Source: Planctomycetota bacterium
Lineage (GTDB): Bacteria; Planctomycetota; UBA8108; SXIK01
Reading direction: 5' to 3'
DNA length: 64,000 nt
Assembly (NCBI GenBank): GCA_965223845.1
Contig: CBDCXR010000004.1
Coordinates: 2,848,001 to 2,912,000, forward strand
The translations under genes and the position numbers were made by a program. Shown here one piece after another: positions 1 to 9,219 of this stretch. The notes under the pieces are model-generated. The model searched no databases and had not been told where the DNA came from. It saw only the letters and a program-made list of their open reading frames with translations. Within the stretch, counting starts at the first letter, position 1; every line of letters begins with the position of its first letter.

Positions 1-112
1 AGTAGAGCACGGCGCCATTGACCTTATCGTCGGGGCGAAGGAGAAACTGCCTCTGAATGCAGCGCCGAGTGACGAGATAGGTGGCCCCGGGGAGAATTCG
101 ACGCGGTAACAA
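1..112 (-). mobile_element. N-terminus of a REP-associated/IS200-like HUH (Y1) tyrosine transposase, truncated by the window edge
   Basis: Manual translation from TTG at 112 gives LLPRRILPGATYLVTRRCIQRQFLLRPDDKVNGAVLY, matching the PRxxxPGxTYxVTRRCxxRxFLL start of RAYT-like Y1 transposases. The catalytic HUH motif would lie outside the window. Not in the ORF track. Confidence 0.65.
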
Positions 113-480
113 TGCGATGCCGTCCGAACGGGCAAAGCGACGTTCGGTTCTGCGACCCGCCGCTGGTTCGAGTCGCGGCGGGGGTTGGGCCGGGCACGGG
201 TATCATGGGACGCGGCGGCCGGTCTGCAACCTTGGGATTCCTGGGTGGCATCTCATTTCGTCCGCACCCGTCCGCCTCCGCGCGAAGCTCAAACTCGGCG
301 ATCCGCCGGTTAGCGCGCCGGCGTAAACCTCGTTCCAGAACAACGGAGACGGCGATGATGCGGATAGCCGCCGCTCGATGGCGGAACGTCGGAACACGTG
401 GCTCGGATTCTTCCTAGAACCACTCCATGCCCGAGGGCGCTCGACGCACCAGACTTAGCCGAAATCACGGTCACTCGCGG

Positions 481-1107
481 TCACTCGACGCTACGGGTAC
501 TCGACCCGGGCTCGGTTCGGCTCTCGCTTTGATCGAAGTCAGCGGAATCTTCTTCATCACCGATCAGCTTGCTTCTACCACGCCAGATCTCGGACTCCCC
601 GTCCGTTCGTTCGCCAAGATGATAGTCGTCTCCCACCAAGTCGAATCCGAAGACACCGACTACGAAGTCCGCCAGTTCCACCACGTCGAATCGCGCAGAG
701 AGTCCGGCGAGTACTGACAACTCGAATCCAACCGAACCCCACGCGGGGACTCGTTCGTACTATTTCGCTCGCGGAAATCGCCGTATTCCGGCGTAGCCGG
801 AATGCCTCATGGAGGATACCGGTGCCACGAGACCTAACGTCGTACCCGCCACACCGTCGAGCGGAACCAACCCTCCACCACCGATTCGAGTTTCGAACCG
901 CTGATCCCCCATGTGAGGTAAGAAATCCCATACCGTCGACGCCCCTAAGGACAGTGGCCCGACGTTAGCCACTACGCCCGCAGAATTCGACAGCAGACCG
1001 ATGTGCGCCACGTCGGTCAAGTCCGCTGCGCGATCTGCCATATATGGGTAGGCACAACCTATCGACGACAACGGAATCACTAGAACAGCGAGTCGCATAT
1101 ACATCAT
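481..1107 (-). pseudogene. Putative lipoprotein interrupted by one in-frame TAG (760-762)
   Basis: ORFs 760..1233 and 481..720 are in the same frame. Reading through gives ...FPRAK*YERVPAWGSVGFELSVLAGLSARFDVVELADFVVGVFGFDLVGDD. Signal peptide/lipobox MRLAVLVIPLSSIGC; AGGGGA RBS before ATG 1107. Confidence 0.6.
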
Positions 1108-1180
1108 CGAGTTTTCCCCTCGGTGGTGGTCGCGGAACAGTTCTGCCCGTCCGCAGGCCGCGTTCACCTCCTCAAGCACG

Positions 1181-1229
1181 CTTCTCTTCGTCCGCCTTCG
1201 CGGCCCTTCGCGCTCTTCGTGTGAATCTC
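1181..1229 (-). repeat. Dispersed intergenic CGAAG-periodic repeat, copy 1
   Basis: The reverse complement GAGATTCACACGAAGAGCGCGAAGGGCCGCGAAGGCGGACGAAG aligns without gaps to 9062-9105. Confidence 0.75.
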
Positions 1230-1245
1230 TCATTCAGGCGGGTAG

Positions 1246-2055
1246 CTAAGGCCACTCCGTGACCCGAATCCCGAGTTCCTCCAGCGAGCGAACAGGCGAC
1301 GACGAACCCGCACGCTCTCGAAGCAACAGTCCCGGCGGGAGCCCGCTTTGATTCTCGAGCCAGTGCTTCACGATCTGCGCGTCGCGCGGACGGAACGTCG
1401 CGCGGTACAGAATCCGGTCGCGCGTGGCGCGTTGGCGATGCACCGCCACGAGGAGCTCGGGGGGAAGCGGGTGATCCCAGAAGGGAGTCCCGGTAGGAGC
1501 ACGCGCCGCCTCCCCCGCCGACGTCGCGTGAATCTTGGCGTCGAGATCCACCACGAGCGCGTCGAAGGGGTTCGCGCGCAACTCGTCGCGATCCGTCGAG
1601 AGGGTGATCACGTCGACGACGGCGACACTCTCGCTCGCCTCATCCCGCCACGGTGTCGCGAGGACGAACCGTTCGATCGGGGCTACGGACACGAAGTAGC
1701 GTTCGGTGCCCGGGGGGCCCGCGGGAAAGGAGAACGTGACCGTGCCGTCGGCGGCCGTGGTCCCGGCGTGGACGACGGCCGGGTCGCTCCCACTCGGAGC
1801 ATCGAGCGCGGTCGCGCGGATCCGAGTTCGCGACGACGCGCCTCGAGCACGGACGCGAGCGTCGAGACTCGCGACCGGCGCTCCGGTCGCGAGATCTGTG
1901 AAGCGAGCGTGAAGCTCGACCGGCCCGAACGCCGGCACGACCGCGTCCGCGACGCCGACGACAACGACGGTGGGCGTTGCGCCACCGGTGACCCACAGAG
2001 CGCCGACGAGCACGAAGTAGGACGCAAGCGCGAAAACGAGGACGAGCGACCGCAC
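1246..2055 (-). CDS. Membrane-anchored hypothetical protein with a degenerate LNS2/App1-like HAD phosphatase C-terminus
   Basis: N-terminal TM helix; VVDLDAKI and ILYRATFRP...VKHWLENQSGLPPGLLL resemble LNS2/App1 motifs. Confidence 0.5.
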   Translation of the reverse strand: MRSLVLVFALASYFVLVGALWVTGGATPTVVVVGVADAVVPAFGPVELHARFTDLATGAPVASLDARVRARGASSRTRIRATALDAPSGSDPAVVHAGTTAADGTVTFSFPAGPPGTERYFVSVAPIERFVLATPWRDEASESVAVVDVITLSTDRDELRANPFDALVVDLDAKIHATSAGEAARAPTGTPFWDHPLPPELLVAVHRQRATRDRILYRATFRPRDAQIVKHWLENQSGLPPGLLLRERAGSSSPVRSLEELGIRVTEWP

Positions 2056-2262
2056 GAGGCCAATCTCCGAGGGATTTCATCGGCACCGAAACGGTCCCCG
2101 AACGCCGAAGCCCGGAGGGCCACCCAACACCATTGGGTTCGGGGGCCGATGCGCCTGATGACCATGGTACCGTGTCGCCGCTTCGGCGGACGCCCGACGG
2201 CCCGCCGGCCGCGGGCCCAGACCGAGCTCAGCAAGACCCATAACACCGAAAGGTAAAGAGAG

Positions 2263-5200
2263 ATGCGACTCCGATCCGCCGCAATCGCGACCGTCTCGAT
2301 TTGGGCCGTTCTCGTCCCGGGATCACTCTTCGCGCAGCTGTTCGAGAATCTCGAAGGCTTCGGTCGCCGCCTCGACGTCGGTGATCCGGAAACGGTCTCC
2401 GAGTGGGGACGCGAAGGGCCGAAGGGGATCGCGAGCGACGATTTCGACGGGAACGGCCGCGCGGATTTCGCAACGAGCAACCTCGACGGCACGGTCACCG
2501 TGTATCTCAACAAGGGGGACGGGCGGTTTCACGCTCCCCTTCACCTCGCGACCGGATCGAAGACACTCCGCGGAATCGACACCGCCGATTTCAACGGCGA
2601 CGGCGCGATCGACATCGCGACGGCCGCTCCGCTCGAAGGACGCGTCCACATCTTCGACGGCGACGGCCAGGGCGCGTTCGAGTCCTCCCGCGTCCTCTCC
2701 ACATGGGAGTTCGCCCGTGATCTCACGGCGGGCGACTTCGACGGGGACGGAACGACCGACCTTCTCGTCGCGGGCGGTGGACATCGCGGCGCGGTTCAGT
2801 TTCGCGGCACCGGCGACGGACAGTTCGAAGGAGTCGCACAACTGAACGAGCTCGTGTCGAACGGCTACACGCGTCCGGTCTACTCGTTCGCGACGTATCG
2901 GCGCGATGGCGACATGCGCGATTCAGTCGCCGTCACGAGCGTCTGGCACCTCCTCACATTCCTTTACGAGCCGGATGACAACGGCGAGCTCGAGCTAAGC
3001 GGCGCCGTTTCGACGACCCGAGGCGTCTACGATCTCGAGATCGGGACGATCACGAACCCGGCGGAATCGGGGCAGCTCGATCTTCTGAGCGCCTCGCGCG
3101 ACACAGGACTTCTGCAGGTGTTTCACACGGAAACGGGGGACCTCGCCGACGCGCGCATCCGCCAGGTCGTGCCCGTTCCCGGGGGACTTCGCGACGCGCG
3201 CATCGTCGACGTCGACGGCGACGGCTGGAACGATGTCGTCGTCGTGCTGCGGTGTTTCGACCGAGTGATCACGTACGAGAACCAGGAAGGCACGCTCGTT
3301 CCCGTGACGGAGCTCCCGGTGGGCCGGAGTCCGCGCCAGCTCGCAGCGGCGGACTACAACGTCGACGGCCTCGTCGACTTCGCGGTGATCAATCGCATCT
3401 CGAGCGACGTAAACATCCTCCATGCATTTCCGGGGAAGGCCGCGTTTGGTGCCTCGGACCAGATCTACGCGGTCGACGGAGGTGTGACCGATCTTCAGGT
3501 CATCGATGCAAACGGCGACGGCCGCGACGACGTGATCCAGCTTCACCGCGCATCGAGCGATCTCACGATCCGTTACACGAGCGAGGACGGTTCACTCGGG
3601 TCGCCCGTCTATCTCCCCGTTGCGGCGCTTCCGAGCGCCGAGCGAGTGATCGACGTCAACTCGGACGGACTTCCCGATCTGGTGGTCGCGAGCCTCGGAC
3701 GAAATGAAGGCGACGGCTCGATCAATGTTCTCCTCGGCCAAAGCTCCGGTGAGTTCAGCGAGCCGACTTCGGTCTCGCCTCCCACGGAGGTCGGCGGCCG
3801 ACTCTTCGGCGTCGAGGTCGCGGACTTCGACGGGGATGGTACCCCCGACATCGCCGCGGGGTTCTTCGACTGCCGGCTCGCGTTCTTTCGCGGGGTCGGG
3901 GACGGCACCTTCGAGTTCGCCGCGGTGCACTTCTTCGCGTACGAATCCCGCGCGCTCGTGAGCGGAGATTTCGATGGCGACGGAGACATCGATCTCGCCG
4001 GTGGTTCCCGTACCGGGCTCGTCGTCGTCGTCGAGAACACCGGCAAACTTCTGACCACGGCGGAGCTCACGCGGACTGACTACGAGCCGACGACGTCGGG
4101 CAAGTTCGGGACGCGAGACATGACGGCCACGGACGTCAACTCGGACGGCGACCTCGACCTCATCGTCTCCAGCGGAAAAGGCGTCATGCTGTTCGTCGGC
4201 GGGGATGGAATGAGCTTCAGCCGGAAGCACGACGCGCTCCCGGGGACGAATTTCCCCGCGTCGTCGGTCACGACGGGCGACTTCGACGGAGACGGTGAAA
4301 CGGACGTCGCCGTCGCGTGCCGAGTCCTCTCGTGCATCGTGATTCTCACGCGGAACGACGAAGGAGATTTCGTCCCGGCGCTCTCCGTCGACGTTCCGTC
4401 CGGTCACTTCCTCGCCGCCGGCGATCTCGACGGCGATGGCCACGCGGATCTCGTCGGGTCCGGCGGAGCCCTTTGGACCGCGCTCAGCAGCCGCGAGTCG
4501 TCGATCGTCGCGGTCGACTCGGTCGTCGAGGAGCCGCGCCCGCGCGCTCCCGGTCCCGTGATCAACGAGATCCTCGCGAGCAACAACCAGATCGAGCTCG
4601 AGTTCGACTCGAACAAGCGGCCGGACTGGATCGAGCTCTACAACGGCGCTGACGAAGACGTCTCCCTCGCCGGATGGCGTCTCGTCCGAGTCAAGCTGAG
4701 CGACCCCGACAACGACCCCCCGGCTATTTTCAACTTTCCGGACTCGGCGACGATGAAGGGCCGCGGGCATCTCGTCGTCGTCTGTTCGAAGACGCTCCGC
4801 TCGGACCTTCACACCGGATTCCGTCTCTCCGGTCGACAGGGAGCGATCGTGAGTCTCTTTAACGCAGAGAACGAAGAGGTCGACCGCGTCCACTTCCCGC
4901 CACAGCGACCGAACATCTCCTACGCTCGATACGAGGACGGCTCCGCCGGCTTCACCTTCAACAACTATCCCAACCCTCTCGAGGCCAACGTCGACAACGG
5001 CCCCGTGCCTCCGATCGTTCGGCTCGAAAGTGTCCACTCTCGGGTGGGCGGCCAAGTCGTTCCGCCCACTCCCGGTGCTCCGATCCGCTTCGTCGCTCGT
5101 GGGGAAGACGACGAAGGGATCGTGAGCATTCGGGTTTTCTACGAGCGAATCGACGGACCGGCACAAGGTCAGCGAAGCTTCATCCTCTACGACGACGGCA

Positions 5201-6054
5201 TGCACGACGACGGCGGAATGCAGGACGGGATCTACGCCGGCGAGAGCGACGTGACTTTCCCCGCGGGTGCCGCGATTCGCTACCGTCTCGTCGTCGAAGA
5301 TCTCGGCGACAACGTGACCATCTTCCCCGATAGCGATGCGCCGTCGGGGGCGAGCGGCATGGTCGGATACTACACGCTCGCAATCGGAGACAGCACGGAG
5401 TCGACGCTTCAGATCTCCGAGATCGTGCCGCGAAACGATTCCGGTCTCGAGGACGAGCACGCCGGTCGACCGGACTGGGTCGAGATTCGCAATTGCGGCG
5501 ACGAGCCCGTGTCCCTCGACGGAATTCACCTCGGCCCCGCGTTCCCGGCGAGTGACGACTGGTACTCGTTCCCGCGCGGACTGACTCTCGCGCCCGGAGA
5601 GCACAAGATCGTCTACTGCGACGGCAATCGGGTTGAGGGTGAACTTCACGCACCGTTCAAGCTCGAGCCGGCCGCGGGTCGGATCGCCCTCATCGGGACG
5701 AACCCCTTGGGTGCGCACGTTCTCCTCGACACCGTCGAGTACGAGAACATCGCGATCGACGAAGCCTACGCTCGAATCGGCTGCGACGGAGAGTGGGTGC
5801 GCACGATGCCGTCACCGGGCGCCGAGAACCACTACCTTCCCGGCGACTTGAGCGGCGATCGCCGAGTCAATCTGATCGATCCCGTGGGAATCCTCTCTCT
5901 CCTCTTCGGCGGTGCCGCGAACCCCGCGTGCCCGGCCGCCGGAGACGCGAACGCCGACGCGAGCCTCGATCTGAGCGACGCGATCTATCTCCTCAACTAC
6001 CTCTTCGGCGGCGGTCCCGCACCGGTGAACCGCCCGCGGAGCTGTACGTTGTAG
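2263..6054 (+). CDS. Secreted FG-GAP/VCBS repeat protein with two lamin-tail domains and a C-terminal dockerin-like domain
   Basis: 1263 aa with signal peptide, many DxDGDG repeats, VINEILASN..DWIELYN and ISEIVPRN..DWVEIRN (LTD), LYDDGMHDDG..DGIY, and C-terminal GDLSGDRRVNLIDPV..GDANADASLDLSDAIYLL. Confidence 0.85.
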   Translation: MRLRSAAIATVSIWAVLVPGSLFAQLFENLEGFGRRLDVGDPETVSEWGREGPKGIASDDFDGNGRADFATSNLDGTVTVYLNKGDGRFHAPLHLATGSKTLRGIDTADFNGDGAIDIATAAPLEGRVHIFDGDGQGAFESSRVLSTWEFARDLTAGDFDGDGTTDLLVAGGGHRGAVQFRGTGDGQFEGVAQLNELVSNGYTRPVYSFATYRRDGDMRDSVAVTSVWHLLTFLYEPDDNGELELSGAVSTTRGVYDLEIGTITNPAESGQLDLLSASRDTGLLQVFHTETGDLADARIRQVVPVPGGLRDARIVDVDGDGWNDVVVVLRCFDRVITYENQEGTLVPVTELPVGRSPRQLAAADYNVDGLVDFAVINRISSDVNILHAFPGKAAFGASDQIYAVDGGVTDLQVIDANGDGRDDVIQLHRASSDLTIRYTSEDGSLGSPVYLPVAALPSAERVIDVNSDGLPDLVVASLGRNEGDGSINVLLGQSSGEFSEPTSVSPPTEVGGRLFGVEVADFDGDGTPDIAAGFFDCRLAFFRGVGDGTFEFAAVHFFAYESRALVSGDFDGDGDIDLAGGSRTGLVVVVENTGKLLTTAELTRTDYEPTTSGKFGTRDMTATDVNSDGDLDLIVSSGKGVMLFVGGDGMSFSRKHDALPGTNFPASSVTTGDFDGDGETDVAVACRVLSCIVILTRNDEGDFVPALSVDVPSGHFLAAGDLDGDGHADLVGSGGALWTALSSRESSIVAVDSVVEEPRPRAPGPVINEILASNNQIELEFDSNKRPDWIELYNGADEDVSLAGWRLVRVKLSDPDNDPPAIFNFPDSATMKGRGHLVVVCSKTLRSDLHTGFRLSGRQGAIVSLFNAENEEVDRVHFPPQRPNISYARYEDGSAGFTFNNYPNPLEANVDNGPVPPIVRLESVHSRVGGQVVPPTPGAPIRFVARGEDDEGIVSIRVFYERIDGPAQGQRSFILYDDGMHDDGGMQDGIYAGESDVTFPAGAAIRYRLVVEDLGDNVTIFPDSDAPSGASGMVGYYTLAIGDSTESTLQISEIVPRNDSGLEDEHAGRPDWVEIRNCGDEPVSLDGIHLGPAFPASDDWYSFPRGLTLAPGEHKIVYCDGNRVEGELHAPFKLEPAAGRIALIGTNPLGAHVLLDTVEYENIAIDEAYARIGCDGEWVRTMPSPGAENHYLPGDLSGDRRVNLIDPVGILSLLFGGAANPACPAAGDANADASLDLSDAIYLLNYLFGGGPAPVNRPRSCTL

Positions 6055-6124
6055 CCGATCTCCGCCGTGGTCGATGGCTCGCTCGGCCGTTCGTCTCCGG
6101 CGCGCGCGAGTGGAGCGGCATGCT

Positions 6125-7525
6125 TCACTCGCGCGCGTCGCTTTCTTGGGACGGTGTAGCCCGTGCTTCGTCGCGGCCCTCAGTCTCTTGGGGCGGCGTA
6201 TCCGGTGCTTCGTCGCGGCCTTCGATCAGCGCGGGGAGCTTCGGTAGAACGAGCTCGAACTCGAGTTTTTCGCCGTCTCGCTCGACGACGAGGCGAACGC
6301 TCGTTCCCGGCTCCCCCGCGAGGAACCGACTCGGTCGGACACGCTCGTCCTGACGCCAGCGCGTCGCGTCGAGTCCGTTCACGCGAAGGAGCTTGTCGCC
6401 CGACCGGAGCCCGGCGTGCGCGGCAAAGCCGTCCGGAACGACGTGGGCGAACGAGAAGGTTCCGGCGAGATTCTTCGGAATGAACGTCGCCTGGATGGGA
6501 TTGAGGGGCATGAGGAACGACCGCTCTCGACCGGCCGGCCCAACGTAGACGCGAAGCCCCGGGCCGTCGATCCAGATCGTTCGTCCCGAGAACGTGCTGA
6601 GGCCGAGGTTCATGTTCAGCTTTAGCGGTCGCCCCAGCACGTCTTGCTCCGCGACACTTCGTCCCACGAGACACGGAGCGAGGTCCACCGCTCCGAGCCG
6701 AAACGTCGGCGCGATGGCTACCGGTGCCGCGGTAAACCCGCCCGCGGCGGGACTGTAGACACCGCCGACCGTCATCCACGCGTCCGGATTCTGCTCGCGC
6801 CACGCCATCCACGCCGGCCCGTCGAGTCCGACCCCGGAATCGGCTCCGGTATCGAAGCAAACCGACTTTGGCTCGTGGTTCGGCCCGCGTTCGGTCGCGC
6901 CCTCGAGGAGGAGCACGGACACCTTCGGCCGGATCGCGAACGATGGCCACTCCGCTTGCACATCCGGTGGAATCCGAGGCGTCACCGCTTGCGTGCCGCC
7001 CCCGAGATCGAGCCGCCATCGAATCTGGCGCAGAATGGGCCAACCGATCGCGCCTTCAAAAGAGGCCGGCGGCGCCGGGACGACGAGGGCGCGCGCCGGC
7101 AATTCGCGGTCCGTGCCGTGAACGCCGAGCTGAACGCTCGTCGACCAAAGATTCTTGGCTCTCGGCTCGAGCTTCAGCCCGAGCCGCCGGGCCGCGCCCT
7201 CAACCAGGACGAGCGGAAACGCGGACCCGGTGTCGAGGATGACTCGAAGCGGCTTTCCCTGAACCACGAGGTCACCGAAAAACTTCCCCCGATCGACGGA
7301 CGGAACGAGTCGGATGACCGGGTTGGTTCCGGCTCGATCAGCATCTCGAGCCCCCGAGTCTTTGTCCTCTCGAGCTCCGGGAGCGAATCGATCGTCGGTC
7401 GCGGCGAGATCGACTCCGAGCGCGATGAGAAAGCTGATCCCGATCGCGGCGCAGAACGGAGATCGAGCCGCTACGAGATGCCGACCGGTTCGCGAAAGCG
7501 TGTTCGCCACTCTCGACCGAGTCAC
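6125..7525 (-). CDS. Aspartyl protease (two D-T-G motifs) with C-terminal PDZ domain
   Basis: VILDTGS and VCFDTGA motifs; PDZ-like AAHAGLRSGDKLLRVNG. GTG start at 7525 overlaps the upstream TGA (GTGA). The ORF-track extension to 8194 is a shadow. A 42-nt tandem duplication lies near the C-terminus. Confidence 0.75.
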   Translation of the reverse strand: MTRSRVANTLSRTGRHLVAARSPFCAAIGISFLIALGVDLAATDDRFAPGAREDKDSGARDADRAGTNPVIRLVPSVDRGKFFGDLVVQGKPLRVILDTGSAFPLVLVEGAARRLGLKLEPRAKNLWSTSVQLGVHGTDRELPARALVVPAPPASFEGAIGWPILRQIRWRLDLGGGTQAVTPRIPPDVQAEWPSFAIRPKVSVLLLEGATERGPNHEPKSVCFDTGADSGVGLDGPAWMAWREQNPDAWMTVGGVYSPAAGGFTAAPVAIAPTFRLGAVDLAPCLVGRSVAEQDVLGRPLKLNMNLGLSTFSGRTIWIDGPGLRVYVGPAGRERSFLMPLNPIQATFIPKNLAGTFSFAHVVPDGFAAHAGLRSGDKLLRVNGLDATRWRQDERVRPSRFLAGEPGTSVRLVVERDGEKLEFELVLPKLPALIEGRDEAPDTPPQETEGRDEARATPSQESDARE

Positions 7526-8334
7526 CGCGCTGCCCTCACGCCGCCGAGAGTTCCGCCGCGGATGCGGGCGATCTCGCTCTCGCGAAATCGCAGCGCGGCG
7601 CGCGGGAGCGCTTCTCCAAGCGCGCCGCCTACGCGATCGATCAATTCGGAGTCTGAGATCAGCCCCTCGGCGGCGAGCGCGACGCGGAGCTCGGTCTTCG
7701 CGGCGACGGCGATCGCGGCCTCGAGGTCCGTCGCGAGGTCGAGAACGCTCGGCGCCGCGTGGGTCGACTCGAGAAACGGACGGATCGCCCCGAATGCGTC
7801 CACGAGCGCGCCGCGCGAGAACGTCTCGCGCGCGCGTTCGATCGTTGTCCGGTCCTCGTCGCGTCGACGACGGTAGATCGCGTCCGTCTTTCGAACGCGC
7901 GTCCAGAGCGATTTTACCGCGAGGGATCCTTCTCGCTTCCACGCGACGTTTTCGCGCGCGTCGAGCAGCGCGACCGCGGGAAGCGTTGCGATGCCGAGCC
8001 GCTCTCGGAGCGCGACGACTTCCGCGGCACTGACGCGGAGCCCGACGACCCGCGCCCGAAGCTCGGCGAGTCGAGGTCCTCGGGTGATGGCCGGCGAGCC
8101 CGAGCCGGACGCCGGACGGAAGTACACGAAAACGAGTCGATCTTCGTCGCGCGCGAGCTCGAGCGCCGTCTCGAGCTCGGTCTGCCACTCCCACGCGGCG
8201 ATTGCGTCACCGGACTGCCCCTCGACCGGCCCGCCCCACCGAACCGAGACCGCGCCGATGGCGATGGCCGCACCCGCGAGGAACCATGTCGCCGGATCGA
8301 AAGCGAGCCGCGAAACGGGAGAAGGACGCGCCAT
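7522..8334 (-). CDS. Exported thioredoxin-like fold protein without CxxC, with a helical tail
   Basis: N-terminal TM segment; WQTELETALELARDEDRLVFVYF and LGIATLPAVALLD match a Trx-like pattern. Confidence 0.55.
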   Translation of the reverse strand: MARPSPVSRLAFDPATWFLAGAAIAIGAVSVRWGGPVEGQSGDAIAAWEWQTELETALELARDEDRLVFVYFRPASGSGSPAITRGPRLAELRARVVGLRVSAAEVVALRERLGIATLPAVALLDARENVAWKREGSLAVKSLWTRVRKTDAIYRRRRDEDRTTIERARETFSRGALVDAFGAIRPFLESTHAAPSVLDLATDLEAAIAVAAKTELRVALAAEGLISDSELIDRVGGALGEALPRAALRFRESEIARIRGGTLGGVRAAR

Positions 8335-8448
8335 GCGGGTTTCCTCGGCTTCTCTTCGGATCCCGAAGCGACCCGGACTCGGGATCGGACGACGTCGTTC
8401 GGCCCGCGGCGCTTTCCGCTCGCCGAACGGAACGGTAGACTCCCTCTC

Positions 8449-9051
8449 ATGATACCCAAATCGATCGGCATCCTCATTTTTCCCGACGCGGAAGTACTCG
8501 ATGTCTGCGGACCGTTCGAAGTGCTCTCGACCGCGGAATCGACGAACGACGGTGAATCGCTCTTCCGTGTGAACCTCATCGCCGAGTCATCGGAGCCACT
8601 CGATCTCCTCGGTGGACTCACGGTTACACCGCAGGCGACTCTCGCAAACTGTCCGCCGCTCGACCTTCTTCTCGTCCCCGGAGGTCAAGGCCGACGACGG
8701 ATTTCCGATGGGGTCGTCGAGTGGGTGCGCGCCCGCGCGAAGACGGTCGAGCGGATGACCTCCGTGTGCACCGGAGCCTTCGTGCTCGCTCGCGCCGGAC
8801 TGCTCGACGGGAGGCGCGCGACGACCCACTGGACGGCGCTCGAGGAGCTGCGCGAGAGTTTTCCGTCGGTGATCGTCGTCGACGATCTTCACGTCGCCGA
8901 TGAAGACGACCTCATCACGTCCGCCGGAATCTCCGCCGGGATCGATCTCGCGCTTCGACTCGTCGAGATCTACGGCGGTAAAGACGCGGCCGTCGCGACG
9001 GCGCGGAACATGGAGTACCGGTATCCTGAAGACAACTCTCGGCGGGTGTGA
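8449..9051 (+). CDS. DJ-1/PfpI family protein
   Basis: MIPKSIGILIFPDAEVLDVCGPFEV, LLVPGG, SVCTGA, ATTHW, TSAGISAGID; start moved to ATG 8449. Confidence 0.92.
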   Translation: MIPKSIGILIFPDAEVLDVCGPFEVLSTAESTNDGESLFRVNLIAESSEPLDLLGGLTVTPQATLANCPPLDLLLVPGGQGRRRISDGVVEWVRARAKTVERMTSVCTGAFVLARAGLLDGRRATTHWTALEELRESFPSVIVVDDLHVADEDDLITSAGISAGIDLALRLVEIYGGKDAAVATARNMEYRYPEDNSRRV

Positions 9052-9061
9052 AGCGGCCGAC

Positions 9062-9105
9062 GAGATTCACACGAAGAACGCGAAGGTGCGCGAAGAAAGA
9101 CGAAG
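9062..9105 (+). repeat. Dispersed intergenic CGAAG-periodic repeat, copy 2
   Basis: GAGATTCACACGAAGAACGCGAAGGTGCGCGAAGAAAGACGAAG; homologous to 1181-1229 on the minus strand. Confidence 0.75.
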
Positions 9106-9219
9106 GGGGGAGGAAAGGAGTCGAGAGAAGAGTGTAAGAACGGTCGGCCAGGAACGAGATCAATTTTCGCAGCGAGACGAGACCCTCGCTCGGAATCTAG
9201 GTGCGACCGTGGCGAGCCA

